64,000 nucleotides of DNA. It comes from Candidatus Bathyarchaeota archaeon. Its GTDB lineage: Archaea > Thermoproteota > Bathyarchaeia > Bathyarchaeales > Bathycorpusculaceae. Position 1 is the first letter of the stretch, and every line of letters starts with the position of its first letter. Both the position numbers and the translations under genes were made by a program. The stretch covers positions 96,001 through 160,000 of the forward strand of contig CAVYES010000005.1 in assembly GCA_963767735.1 (NCBI GenBank), in the 5' to 3' direction. A model generated the notes under the pieces. It had not been told where the DNA came from, searched no databases, and saw only the letters and a list, made by a program, of their open reading frames with translations. Shown here in pieces: positions 29,554 to 38,864 of this stretch.

Positions 29554-29814
29554 ATGGTGAGTTCTATAAATTTGAGTCAAAAAGCTGAGACTGCACTTGT
29601 TGAGGTTAGCGCAGGTTTGATTGCTGCAGGCACGGCAGGCATGACCGCGGTGAGTTCAATGCCAGTCCAATATCAAGCTTTAGGAGCATCAGTGTGCGGC
29701 GGCTTGATCACTATCGGCGGCTCCATGATTGCGGTATGGCACAAATTCGTCAACGTGTTCCAAACGCAAGTATCTTCGCAGACACAAAGCCAAACAACTG
29801 CAACTCCAACATAA
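29554..29814 (+). CDS. Small two-TM holin-like protein
   Basis: RBS ggaggtg, two hydrophobic helices, T-rich terminator downstream, last gene of the cluster. Confidence 0.5.
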   Translation: MVSSINLSQKAETALVEVSAGLIAAGTAGMTAVSSMPVQYQALGASVCGGLITIGGSMIAVWHKFVNVFQTQVSSQTQSQTTATPT

Positions 29815-30037
29815 AATCTTTCTTCCCCTTCTTTTTTTCGATTGAAAAATAGCTATTTTTTATCTGCTTTTCGGCAGTTTAAATTCGAGTTAGCGGAAGC
29901 TATTAACGTGTCCAGACAGGAAAATTAGAAGATAAGCATTGTTTGTTAAAAAAGCAAAACGCAATAGCTGTTCTGTTCGAGAACGCAAGTGTTCTGTGAA
30001 TAGAGTTAAATAAGGATTTGAACCAGAAGATTATTGG

Positions 30038-30244
30038 ATGATAGAAATGACGATTCAGTCGAGATTAAGTTTGTATGCGGTTCTAGGCTTTTTATCAGGC
30101 TTTTTCTTTGTTTTTCCCTTTGCCATCTATGAACTCAACATAATGGTCAATATAGTAACAAACATATTCCTTGTAGGTATTGCAGCCGCTAGCACGATTA
30201 CGGCAATCAAATTAATCTCTAATGGGAAAACAAATAGTTACTGA
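30038..30244 (+). CDS. Small membrane protein
   Basis: Two hydrophobic segments. Confidence 0.45.
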   Translation: MIEMTIQSRLSLYAVLGFLSGFFFVFPFAIYELNIMVNIVTNIFLVGIAAASTITAIKLISNGKTNSY

Positions 30245-30400
30245 TGGTTAGTGTCTTAATGGGCTTCTGAAACTTCGAATGCATTTAGACTTATGATGAT
30301 TGTTTGATTAGTCTTATGCCATAATATCGCTAAGAAACTTTATCATCAATATGTGAAATCGGTTGAATCAAGTTATGCCATAGATTGCATTGCATTCGCC

Positions 30401-31810
30401 CTACGGGACTTGAAAGTAGACTTTGTTGATGATACCGTTTCCCGTTGGGTGAGCAGTATCTAAAGGATAGGATTCGTTTCCGATAAAGGAACCATGCCCA
30501 TTGACTAAGACACTTTGTCCATTCACTACAACAATGTTTGGAACCGATGATGCGTAGGTGTGAGTTATTCCGTTGCTATCTACATAACAGCCTACGTAAG
30601 AGCTGCCTTGCGGTAAAGAAGATATAAAAAGGTGTAAGCTCGATTCGTTGGCGAAAAAGATACCTGTTGGGTGAGCAAGATCGAAGGAAGCGGATTCGTT
30701 ATAAAGAAAGACACTTTGTCCATTGGCTAAGGCGGCGTTTTCTTTTTGGAAAACGGTCTTTTGAACCTGCATGGTTGAATAGCCTAATATCAGAGCTGTG
30801 CAAACAAGAATGCCCAATAACAAGGCTGTAGCAATCATGTATCTACGTTTTTTAGAAGGTCTGGAAGCGACGGCATTTATGTTTTGTACTCTTTGGAATA
30901 TTTGTGGGTGTGTGGCAAGTATTGCGGGTCTGTGAGCAAGGGGGGATACAAGAAACAGCCCGGAAGAAAGTCTATCTGCAAGATTGGGCTTAGGAAACTC
31001 CTGCACCACTGCTTGAACTTTTGTAAGTACAGTGGCCATCAGCGCAGGTTTGTCAAGTAAAGCGGCGCCTTTTTGGTCAGCAAGCAGCTCGCGCTCCTTT
31101 TGAGACTGGGAAGCCGTGAAATATGAGAGTGGGTTAAAAAAGGAAAGAATGTTCAATGCGTATGTCGTGCTTTTGAAGATATAGTCGTTTGCTTTGACAT
31201 GGGCCAATTCATGGGACGCAACAGCTGTCAATTCATCGAGGTCAAGCATGTTTAGAAGACCCAATGAGAAAACTATAACTGTATTTCGGCCATAGCCGAC
31301 TGTGAAGGCATTAGGTAACAAGTCATCGACTAAGCCAACTTTCGGCTCAGAAATACGGAGTTTGTGGGCGGTTTCCTTAACTTTTTCTTGAAGAGACGCA
31401 TACTCCTCTTTAGCCATTATAACAACATGGAATCGCTTCAGGGCTATTTTCCTTCCGAAAAACATCATGAGAAGAAGATAAGCTGTGGCCGCAACTGCTC
31501 CGCTGATGCATAGCAAGCCTGTAAAAGAGAAGAAGCTGGGTGCCGAAGCAGCAACGCCCATGCCGGCTGGTACTGAAATCTGAGGCACAAAAGGCGTTGT
31601 GATTATTTCTGTTTGGGGGCGGAACAGCAATAACATGCAAACTGGAATGAACAGCGGTATGAGCCATATGATGCTTTGAATCCGCCTTGACATAAAGGGG
31701 TTAAGTTTCAAAAAGACCTTAGCACCGACAAAAGCTATAGAGAGAAACACTATTGAATAGAAGAAGTATGGCTGAAAGATTTGAAACAGAAAATCATTTA
31801 AGCCTACCAT
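30401..31810 (-). CDS. BlaR1-like M56/M48 membrane zinc peptidase with extracellular C-terminus
   Basis: PNAFT, HELAH, ELLAD, THP; TM helices; operonic with BlaI-like gene. Confidence 0.85.
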   Translation of the reverse strand: MVGLNDFLFQIFQPYFFYSIVFLSIAFVGAKVFLKLNPFMSRRIQSIIWLIPLFIPVCMLLLFRPQTEIITTPFVPQISVPAGMGVAASAPSFFSFTGLLCISGAVAATAYLLLMMFFGRKIALKRFHVVIMAKEEYASLQEKVKETAHKLRISEPKVGLVDDLLPNAFTVGYGRNTVIVFSLGLLNMLDLDELTAVASHELAHVKANDYIFKSTTYALNILSFFNPLSYFTASQSQKERELLADQKGAALLDKPALMATVLTKVQAVVQEFPKPNLADRLSSGLFLVSPLAHRPAILATHPQIFQRVQNINAVASRPSKKRRYMIATALLLGILVCTALILGYSTMQVQKTVFQKENAALANGQSVFLYNESASFDLAHPTGIFFANESSLHLFISSLPQGSSYVGCYVDSNGITHTYASSVPNIVVVNGQSVLVNGHGSFIGNESYPLDTAHPTGNGIINKVYFQVP

Positions 31811-31816
31811 AAGTGG

Positions 31817-32275
31817 TCATTGCTTCTTTTCCCTTATTGTTTTATCGATTTTTTCTTTCAGAGCTTCCAACTGGTGGCCACTGGCCGCAGCTTTTTCGAC
31901 AAGGCAACTGGTGACGAGCTCGTCGAAGTTGTCTATGAGGCTGCTTAATACTTGGCGAACTGCGTCTTCTTTAAATTTTTGTTCTTCAAGCTTGGGCCAG
32001 TAAACGTAGTAGAGGTATGCGCCGCCTTTGCTCTTTTCGATTTGCCTGTCAAGTAGACCTTTCTCAAAGAGTCTGTCCATCGTGTTCATGACGGTGGTGT
32101 ATGCGATGGTTTTTTTCTTTTTGAGTTCTTCAAGTACTTCTCTTACTGTTATGGGCCTCTTTTTAGAGCTCCATATCGTTTGAAGTATGTTTGCTTCCAG
32201 TGGCCCTAAGAAGGCTTCGAGCTGTTTTCCTTCAACGTTATATTGCGAGACAGATGTTTTTTTGTCTGCTGACGT
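31817..32275 (-). CDS. BlaI/MecI/CopY family repressor (apparent ACG start)
   Basis: Frame extends upstream through LGPLEANIL..TVREV..IAYTTVMNTMDRL; ACG at 32275 behind gagga; in-frame stop just upstream. Confidence 0.85.
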   Translation of the reverse strand, partial: TSADKKTSVSQYNVEGKQLEAFLGPLEANILQTIWSSKKRPITVREVLEELKKKKTIAYTTVMNTMDRLFEKGLLDRQIEKSKGGAYLYYVYWPKLEEQKFKEDAVRQVLSSLIDNFDELVTSCLVEKAAASGHQLEALKEKIDKTIREKKQ

Positions 32276-32289
32276 TCCGCTTCCTCAAG

Positions 32290-32420
32290 TACCATAAGCG
32301 ATGGTAGGCTTTTAACTTTTTCTGCAATTAGGCTATGGATAGAGAATGATTCCTCTTAGCTCTGTTATTGCCTACTACCAGCAATAGTAAGCCTTATAAG
32401 ACCTACTACAAATAATGGTA
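32290..32420. promoter_or_regulatory. Three BlaI-type operators TACyA-N7-TrGTA in the divergent promoter region
   Basis: 32290-32306, 32373-32389, 32404-32420; TTATAA box between sites 2 and 3. Confidence 0.8.
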
Positions 32421-32427
32421 GGTGTAA

Positions 32428-33765
32428 TTGGGGGATCAAAAAATGGGAATACTAACAAGAGCAGCCAAAAACCTCTCAAGAAGAAAAACCAGAGCCCTAA
32501 TAGTAATTATCGCCTTAAGCCTCGCCCTAACACTCGTAATTATCCTGCCACCAAGCATTAACGCAGGCAAAGCAACCACGCAAACAATAATCAACGACCT
32601 AAACAACAATGCCACCTTCATTAAATCAACGGTAAGTGCTGCAGCAACCGAAATAGACTGCAGCCTTCCGACCCAATTTAACTTGCCGCCTCCCAATGCT
32701 ACCGGCACATATCACGTCACCGTAGTCCAACCGCTTATGAACGAATCATACTACTCTAATCTAACCTCAATCCCCGACGTCAACAACGTTGTGCCGATAC
32801 TGAATCAAGACGAATACAAAGATAATTACCCAGTTTACCTTTATGGCATACCATTAGATAACGCTTCGCTGCTAAGCAGTTACCCGTCGCTTCTGCCAGC
32901 CAACATCATTGAGGGGCGAAATCTGCAAGCAGGCGACAGCTATGATATCATTCTAGAAGAGCATCTCGCACAGCAGTTTGATGTCAGCGTAGGTGGAACA
33001 TTTAACATTTTAGGGAAAAACTTTACGGTGGTGGGTATTGAAGGTCAGGAAGCACTCAATGCAACTGCCCACGCCACCATGAGTCTGACTGATCTCCAAG
33101 CTCTCACTAACACGGCTGGTCAAGAAACGACATTCAAAATATTTGTCGACAACATCGATAATGTAGAAACAGTCTCAGCCCGAATCAGCAGCATATACCC
33201 GACTATGCAAGTTTCAGCTGGTCTATCTCAGGTAAACTCAGCCCAAGAACTACAAACTAGCATTGACGAACAGGTGCAAGCAGCCCAAAATAACCTGAAT
33301 CAAATCCAAAGCAGCGGTCTAGAGGAAATAAGTATTGCCGTTGTCGCAGACGCTGCAATAATACTATTCATAATGCTCTACAGCGTAAGAGAAAGAACCA
33401 AAGAGATCGGAACACTCAAAGCAATGGGTGCCAGTAATCTAACAATTCTTGGGCAGCTCATGCTTGAAGGGTTCTTACTGAGCATAATAGCCGCCATAGT
33501 CGCCATAGCCATCAGCGTATTCGTTGCACCAACAATAGCTAACCTATTATTGCCGCATTCAATAGAAAGCGCAACTTTTGGTTCAACAGGAGGATTTTCT
33601 ATCGGGAGAAACCCTGGGGGATATAATCCAATCTCAGTCACTATAACCCCTGAAATTATGCTGCTGGGATTAGGTGCTGCCGTTTTGTTAGGTGCGCTTG
33701 GAAGTTTGTATCCTGCTTTGAAGGCAGCCAGAACCAATCCAGCGGAGGCCATGAGATATGAGTGA
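32428..33765 (+). CDS. ABC permease (MacB-like periplasmic core + FtsX)
   Basis: NLSRRKTR, EGRNL, VRERTKEIGTLKAMG. Confidence 0.9.
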   Translation: MGDQKMGILTRAAKNLSRRKTRALIVIIALSLALTLVIILPPSINAGKATTQTIINDLNNNATFIKSTVSAAATEIDCSLPTQFNLPPPNATGTYHVTVVQPLMNESYYSNLTSIPDVNNVVPILNQDEYKDNYPVYLYGIPLDNASLLSSYPSLLPANIIEGRNLQAGDSYDIILEEHLAQQFDVSVGGTFNILGKNFTVVGIEGQEALNATAHATMSLTDLQALTNTAGQETTFKIFVDNIDNVETVSARISSIYPTMQVSAGLSQVNSAQELQTSIDEQVQAAQNNLNQIQSSGLEEISIAVVADAAIILFIMLYSVRERTKEIGTLKAMGASNLTILGQLMLEGFLLSIIAAIVAIAISVFVAPTIANLLLPHSIESATFGSTGGFSIGRNPGGYNPISVTITPEIMLLGLGAAVLLGALGSLYPALKAARTNPAEAMRYE

Positions 33766-34477
33766 TTTAGTACTAGAAATTGAAAACTTAACCAAAACCT
33801 ACAAACTCGGCAAACGAGAGGTCCAGCCACTAACCAACCTTAATCTTGAAGTGCAAAGAGGTGAGTTCACTGCCATCATGGGTCCTTCTGGCAGCGGTAA
33901 AACCACTCTGCTCAACGTCATCGGCTGCATCGACAAGGCGTCAAGCGGCAAAGTACTGATCGACAACGTAGACATTGCAAAGCTACCAGAATCAAAACTC
34001 TACAAAATACGCCGCGACAAAATAGGTTTCATCTTCCAGAACTTCAACCTTTTGCCCTACCTTAACGCTCGGGAAAATGTCGAGTTGGCTATGGAGCTTG
34101 CTGGCAAGTTCCAAGGCCAAAGAGGTGAAAGAGCCAAACAACTCCTCGCCACTGTAGGCTTATCTGGAAGAGAACAGCACCGACCCCAACGGTTAAGCCA
34201 AGGCGAACAGCAACGAGTCGCCGTTGCACGTGCTTTAGCCAACGACCCAGCAATAATTTTGGCCGATGAACCCACGGGAAACTTGGATGTCGCCAACAAG
34301 CAGGAAATTGTGAAGCTGCTGGCAGACCTTAACCAAAAACAAGGCACAACAATAATAATGGTAACCCATGATGAACAAGTTGCAGCGCAGACTCAACGAA
34401 TGCTGTATCTGAGCGACGGAAAAATAGTCAAAGATAAACAAGCCCAATCAAGACCAAAGGAGCACGATGAAGAATGA
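33758..34477 (+). CDS. ABC ATP-binding protein (LolD/MacB-type)
   Basis: GPSGSGKT, LSQGEQQR; close paralog of 409-1254. Confidence 0.92.
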   Translation: MSDLVLEIENLTKTYKLGKREVQPLTNLNLEVQRGEFTAIMGPSGSGKTTLLNVIGCIDKASSGKVLIDNVDIAKLPESKLYKIRRDKIGFIFQNFNLLPYLNARENVELAMELAGKFQGQRGERAKQLLATVGLSGREQHRPQRLSQGEQQRVAVARALANDPAIILADEPTGNLDVANKQEIVKLLADLNQKQGTTIIMVTHDEQVAAQTQRMLYLSDGKIVKDKQAQSRPKEHDEE

Positions 34478-35697
34478 AGCACCGGACAAAAGCTCTGAGT
34501 GCGGGCTGCATTTTTCTCGCTATCTTTCTCTGTGGTTTAACAGTGATGCCTCAGTTAGTCCAAGCCAGCACAGTAACAGCGACTGTAACTGTTGGGCACT
34601 CGCCTTATGCTGTGTCTTTTACGCCCGACGGAAAATATGCTTATGTTGCCTGTGTGGATCAGGTTTCGGTGATAAATACAGCTACTAACAAGGTGACGGC
34701 GACCATAAAAATAGGTGGCTGTGTTGACATAGCCCTAACTCCCGACGGCAAATATGCCTACGTTACAAACTCAGTTAGCATTGCAAACGGATATGATAAT
34801 TTTGTCTCAGTGATAAGCACTGAAACGAATAAGGTGACGGCAACGATATCTCTTGGAGGAACCCCTACCAGTGTGGCTATAACACCTAACGGTGCATACG
34901 CCTACGTTACAGAAAATGATCTCATAAATAACAAGGGCGTTGGTATGGTGTATGTGATAAGCACAGCCACCAACAAAGTTACAACAAAGATAACCGTTTA
35001 CGGCTCTCCTAGTGCTGTGGCTATAACACCTAGCGGAGAATACGCTTATGTGGCAAGCCAAGGCAGTATATCAAGCGTCGGCGGCATAGCGAACGGAACA
35101 GTTTCGGTCATAAGTACCTCTTCTAACACAGTGAATACAACGGTGACTGTTGGAAGCGGTCCTTCGGCTGTAGCTATAGCATCAAACGGAGAATACGTCT
35201 ATGTGACAGATGGAGACAACGAGGTTTCAGTGATAAATACGGCAAAGAATACGGTAACGGCGACTGTAACCGGTTTAAGCACCCCTAATGGAATTGCTTT
35301 AACACCTAACGGGGCATATGCCTACGTTACAAACGCTGTTGTTGCAAACGGCGGCAACGGTGCGGTTTCAGTGATAAACACAGCCACAAATACGGTTGAC
35401 GAGACATTAACCGTTGGAATGAATGCTTATGGTGTGGCCATAGCACCCAACGGCGAATACGCATATGTTACAAATTTTGATGATGGTACGGTTTCAGTGA
35501 TTAGCACAGGTGCCGACACGGGACCAACTTCTTCTTCATCTCCAGCAACTCCAGAATTTCCTGCCCAATCGTTAACTATCATACTGCTCGTTTCTGTAAT
35601 AATAGTCCTTTCCATAGTTATCATTGCAAAGAAAAAAGCTGGAAAATCCAACTCGACAAATATAAGCGCAGAACCCCAGGTGCCAATGGAAACCTAA
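34474..35697 (+). CDS. YVTN/YncE beta-propeller surface protein with PEF-CTERM-like anchor
   Basis: Seven xPxGxYAYVTN-type repeats, signal peptide, PEFP+TM+KKK. Confidence 0.9.
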   Translation: MKHRTKALSAGCIFLAIFLCGLTVMPQLVQASTVTATVTVGHSPYAVSFTPDGKYAYVACVDQVSVINTATNKVTATIKIGGCVDIALTPDGKYAYVTNSVSIANGYDNFVSVISTETNKVTATISLGGTPTSVAITPNGAYAYVTENDLINNKGVGMVYVISTATNKVTTKITVYGSPSAVAITPSGEYAYVASQGSISSVGGIANGTVSVISTSSNTVNTTVTVGSGPSAVAIASNGEYVYVTDGDNEVSVINTAKNTVTATVTGLSTPNGIALTPNGAYAYVTNAVVANGGNGAVSVINTATNTVDETLTVGMNAYGVAIAPNGEYAYVTNFDDGTVSVISTGADTGPTSSSSPATPEFPAQSLTIILLVSVIIVLSIVIIAKKKAGKSNSTNISAEPQVPMET

Positions 35698-35734
35698 TCA
35701 CTTTTTTATGGTTTAAAATCAGGAGGAAAAATAC

Positions 35735-37042
35735 ACGGGAATACTAACCCGAGCAACCAGAAATATATCCAGAAGAAAAACCAGGTCACTCCTTGTAATT
35801 GTGGTGTTGAGCTTTGCCCTAGCAATGTTAATTTCTATTCCCCCGAGTATCACTGCAAGCAAGGCTATTACCCAAAAAACTATCGAGAATTTAACAGCTA
35901 CTACAAAAACGGTTGATTCAACTGTAAATGTGGTGGCGACCCAAATAGACTGCCACCTGCCCGCAATCTCAGTTCCCAATGCAGGGCCTGATAATCAAAC
36001 CGTCATTGAGCAGCCGCTTATGAACGTGACAAACTACACCAACCTCACATCAATCCCAGACGTAACCAACGTTATACCTATTTTTGATCAAACGGAATTC
36101 GACCGCGACTTTGCCATTAACGTCTATGGGATACCGTTGGATAATGCTTCTTTGCTAAGCATGTACTCATTGGTTTTGCCCTCGAACATTACGGCTGGAC
36201 GTAACTTGCAGGCGGGCGACAGCGGCGTGGTTGTACTGCAGGAGCGAGTTGCAAATCATTTCAATGTCCAGGTTGGTGGGACTGTTATCATATTAAACCA
36301 AACCTTTCAAGTCGTCGGCATCGAAGGATACACGCCGCTCAACGAAACCGCCGCTTACATGGGTCTCAACGATGCCCAGGCAATAACCAACAACGTGGGA
36401 AACGTAACCGACTTTAGAGTTTTTGCTGACGACGTTACCAACGTTCAGAGTGTCGCTAATAAAATCGCTGTTATGTACCCTCAGTTGTCGGTTTCGATAG
36501 CCGCTTCTCTAGTAGACTCAGTGATTCAACTGCAAACTCAAACCAACGAGGAGCTTCAGATGGCGCAAGCTTCCATGAGTCAAATCCAAAGCACCGGCAC
36601 ACTGGAGATTGCTGTTGTCACTGTAGTAGTTGCCGCAATCGTGCTTTTCATAATGTTATACACGGTGAGGGAACGAACCCGCGAAATTGGAACCTTGAAA
36701 GCCTTAGGCGCTAGCAGCATGACAGTTTTGGGTCAGTTTATGCTTGAAGGTGTGCTGTTGAGCTTTATTGCGGGCGTTGTTGGTTTAGTGATTGGTACGG
36801 TGGGAGCAACGTCGCTGGCTAATCTGCTGCTTCCCCATCCGACCCAAGCTGGAAACAGCACAGTATCAACAGCAGGCGTATCCATCGGCTCGGCTTCGTC
36901 GGCGTCTATATCCGTGGCCATAACTCCTGAACTCGTGCTGCTCGGATTAGGGGTTGCTGTGCTGTTAGGTGCGCTGGGTAGCATGTACCCGGCATGGAGA
37001 GCAGCAAGAACTCGACCGGCAGAGGCAATGAGATACGAATGA
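35735..37042 (+). CDS. ABC permease paralog (apparent ACG start)
   Basis: ACG-GILTRATRNISRRKTR aligns with MGILTRAAKNLSRRKTR; ggagg RBS upstream. Confidence 0.88.
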   Translation, partial: TGILTRATRNISRRKTRSLLVIVVLSFALAMLISIPPSITASKAITQKTIENLTATTKTVDSTVNVVATQIDCHLPAISVPNAGPDNQTVIEQPLMNVTNYTNLTSIPDVTNVIPIFDQTEFDRDFAINVYGIPLDNASLLSMYSLVLPSNITAGRNLQAGDSGVVVLQERVANHFNVQVGGTVIILNQTFQVVGIEGYTPLNETAAYMGLNDAQAITNNVGNVTDFRVFADDVTNVQSVANKIAVMYPQLSVSIAASLVDSVIQLQTQTNEELQMAQASMSQIQSTGTLEIAVVTVVVAAIVLFIMLYTVRERTREIGTLKALGASSMTVLGQFMLEGVLLSFIAGVVGLVIGTVGATSLANLLLPHPTQAGNSTVSTAGVSIGSASSASISVAITPELVLLGLGVAVLLGALGSMYPAWRAARTRPAEAMRYE

Positions 37043-37438
37043 GGCATGCTTAAAATTGAGATAACTAACGAGTTTACTCGCGGAAATTTAGGTTGAAAAA
37101 CGTGCACTACTAGTGAGGACCTTGTTGTGTCCTTATTTTTTTGGCATTTAATTTACTGTTTTTAGCGAGAGCTATCAAAATCTTTTTGATATATGTGCGT
37201 TAAATAAGCTTCTTGGGATGGGAGCCTATTACGTTAAGTTAACCAAATTGCCAAAACATTTTATCTTGAAAACTCAACATCTGTATGAGAAGCTTTACCG
37301 AACGATATTGAAATCGTACAGTTCCCCATTAAATCTTCCCACTAAAATGCTTTATGAGAATGAGCGGTACCTGAGCTTTCATGAGGGGAGAAACCCTAAA
37401 TCTTCATAGCATATGTTGAAGTGATTTTTTCAGTGGAT

Positions 37439-37747
37439 TTAGTTATTGCCTATAGAGTTACAGAGGTTTTTGTTCACTTCACCTTTAGCAAGATTACAGC
37501 CAAGTTTCAAGATTTCTCCAAAGACTACAGCACCCCAGTTCCATTGTTTGAGTGGTTTCTCTTCTTCAGTTCTTAGCCAATTTTCCAAAGACTTTTCACC
37601 GATATGGAGTATAGTGTAGGCTACGTAATCTGAAACTTCTGCTTTATGACATTTCTCATTTAAGTTAAGCGGTAGCTTACCAATCTTATCGGAACTTGCA
37701 TGGGTGCTATTGGAACTATTTTGTACTCCATTTTTTTCCACGTCCAC
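37439..37747 (-). CDS. Hypothetical protein
   Basis: ORF directly downstream of 37754-38095. Confidence 0.4.
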   Translation of the reverse strand: MDVEKNGVQNSSNSTHASSDKIGKLPLNLNEKCHKAEVSDYVAYTILHIGEKSLENWLRTEEEKPLKQWNWGAVVFGEILKLGCNLAKGEVNKNLCNSIGNN

Positions 37748-37753
37748 TTTTCT

Positions 37754-38095
37754 CTATAAATCGGTCCGTTGCCTTTGAAATTCTGCACCACATGTCAATA
37801 ATCCGCTCATGTGATTTTCAACGTGGAATTTGTATGCTTGAGCATTTCCAATTTTTCTAGTTGGAATTGCAAATCCCATTTTGATAAGTTTTTCTAAGGC
37901 TTCTTTAGTTGTTTTATAGGATAGGTTTGCTGACTCAGCTAACATGGATATTGTTTGCTCCATGTTTCCTACAATTAGAGCTTGATCGAATAATCTTGCT
38001 GCAGGTCCTCCAAATATGCTTGAGAATGGTCCTCTTGTGGCATACTCTTCTGCGTCATTTTTTTGCTCGTTTTGTTCTTTCTTTAATGTTTGCAA
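37754..38095 (-). CDS. Winged-helix protein
   Basis: TISMLAESANLSYKT..LIKMG..RKIGNAQAY. Confidence 0.7.
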   Translation of the reverse strand: MQTLKKEQNEQKNDAEEYATRGPFSSIFGGPAARLFDQALIVGNMEQTISMLAESANLSYKTTKEALEKLIKMGFAIPTRKIGNAQAYKFHVENHMSGLLTCGAEFQRQRTDL

Positions 38096-38242
38096 TTTTT
38101 TTCCTCCTATAAGCCTTCTCTATTACTACTTACTACCTATTACAGCAACAGCGGATATAAATTTTACTATAATACAATGAGTTTGTAAAAAAATACAATG
38201 TATTCAAAGCTTTAAAATATACCGATTCATAAATAGCTATCC

Positions 38243-38593
38243 ATGCCCGCCAAAAGCCTTTCATCACTAAAACCAAGAGAGAGAAAATTCGCTGGCTTTA
38301 TTCTTAATAAATTGTGGACTGATAACTATTGGTGTGGCGAAGGTAGACGACAACATTTAGGGCATACTTCAAAAACAAATTTGCCCAAAGGGCTCCCTCG
38401 CAGTGATGCTGGTGAAGTGCAAGAGGTCGCTGATAAACTTATCAAACTGGGCTTTATTTGTAAAGTAAGTGCAACTGGAGATATTCATGTTTGTGCTAGC
38501 AGAGCGCCTCAAAAAATAGACGATGGTCTTGTTGTGGTGAATGAATATAGGGCTTCAGTTGGTCTAGCTCTTTTGGAAAGAGACCAAATATAA
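38243..38593 (+). CDS. Small hypothetical protein (probable wHTH-like)
   Basis: ILNKL..GHT..NLPKGLP..LIKLGFI pattern. Confidence 0.5.
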   Translation: MPAKSLSSLKPRERKFAGFILNKLWTDNYWCGEGRRQHLGHTSKTNLPKGLPRSDAGEVQEVADKLIKLGFICKVSATGDIHVCASRAPQKIDDGLVVVNEYRASVGLALLERDQI

Positions 38594-38864
38594 ACTTTAG
38601 ACTACTGCCTAATGCAAATTATCGTAAAGACGACAGGAGAATTAATTCTTAGCGGAGCTTCGTTGCTTAGGACTTATTCACTCAAATTGAGACATATTAG
38701 TGCTTACTTGATTGAGTTAATGGCAATAAATGGCTTCAAATAAAAATTGAAGCGTGAATTTAGCAGTTTCACTTTCACTCACCCCTCCCCTATCACACAC
38801 ATCAGTTTCTCCCTGTCTTTTAAATAGTAAAAAACATCATTGCGTTGGTCACACGTGAAAAAAT

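Noticed and set aside
19194-29814. Contractile injection system or R-type tailocin
   Set aside because: No sheath, baseplate wedge or PAAR/VgrG-like gene was recognised; the gene order is siphovirus-like.
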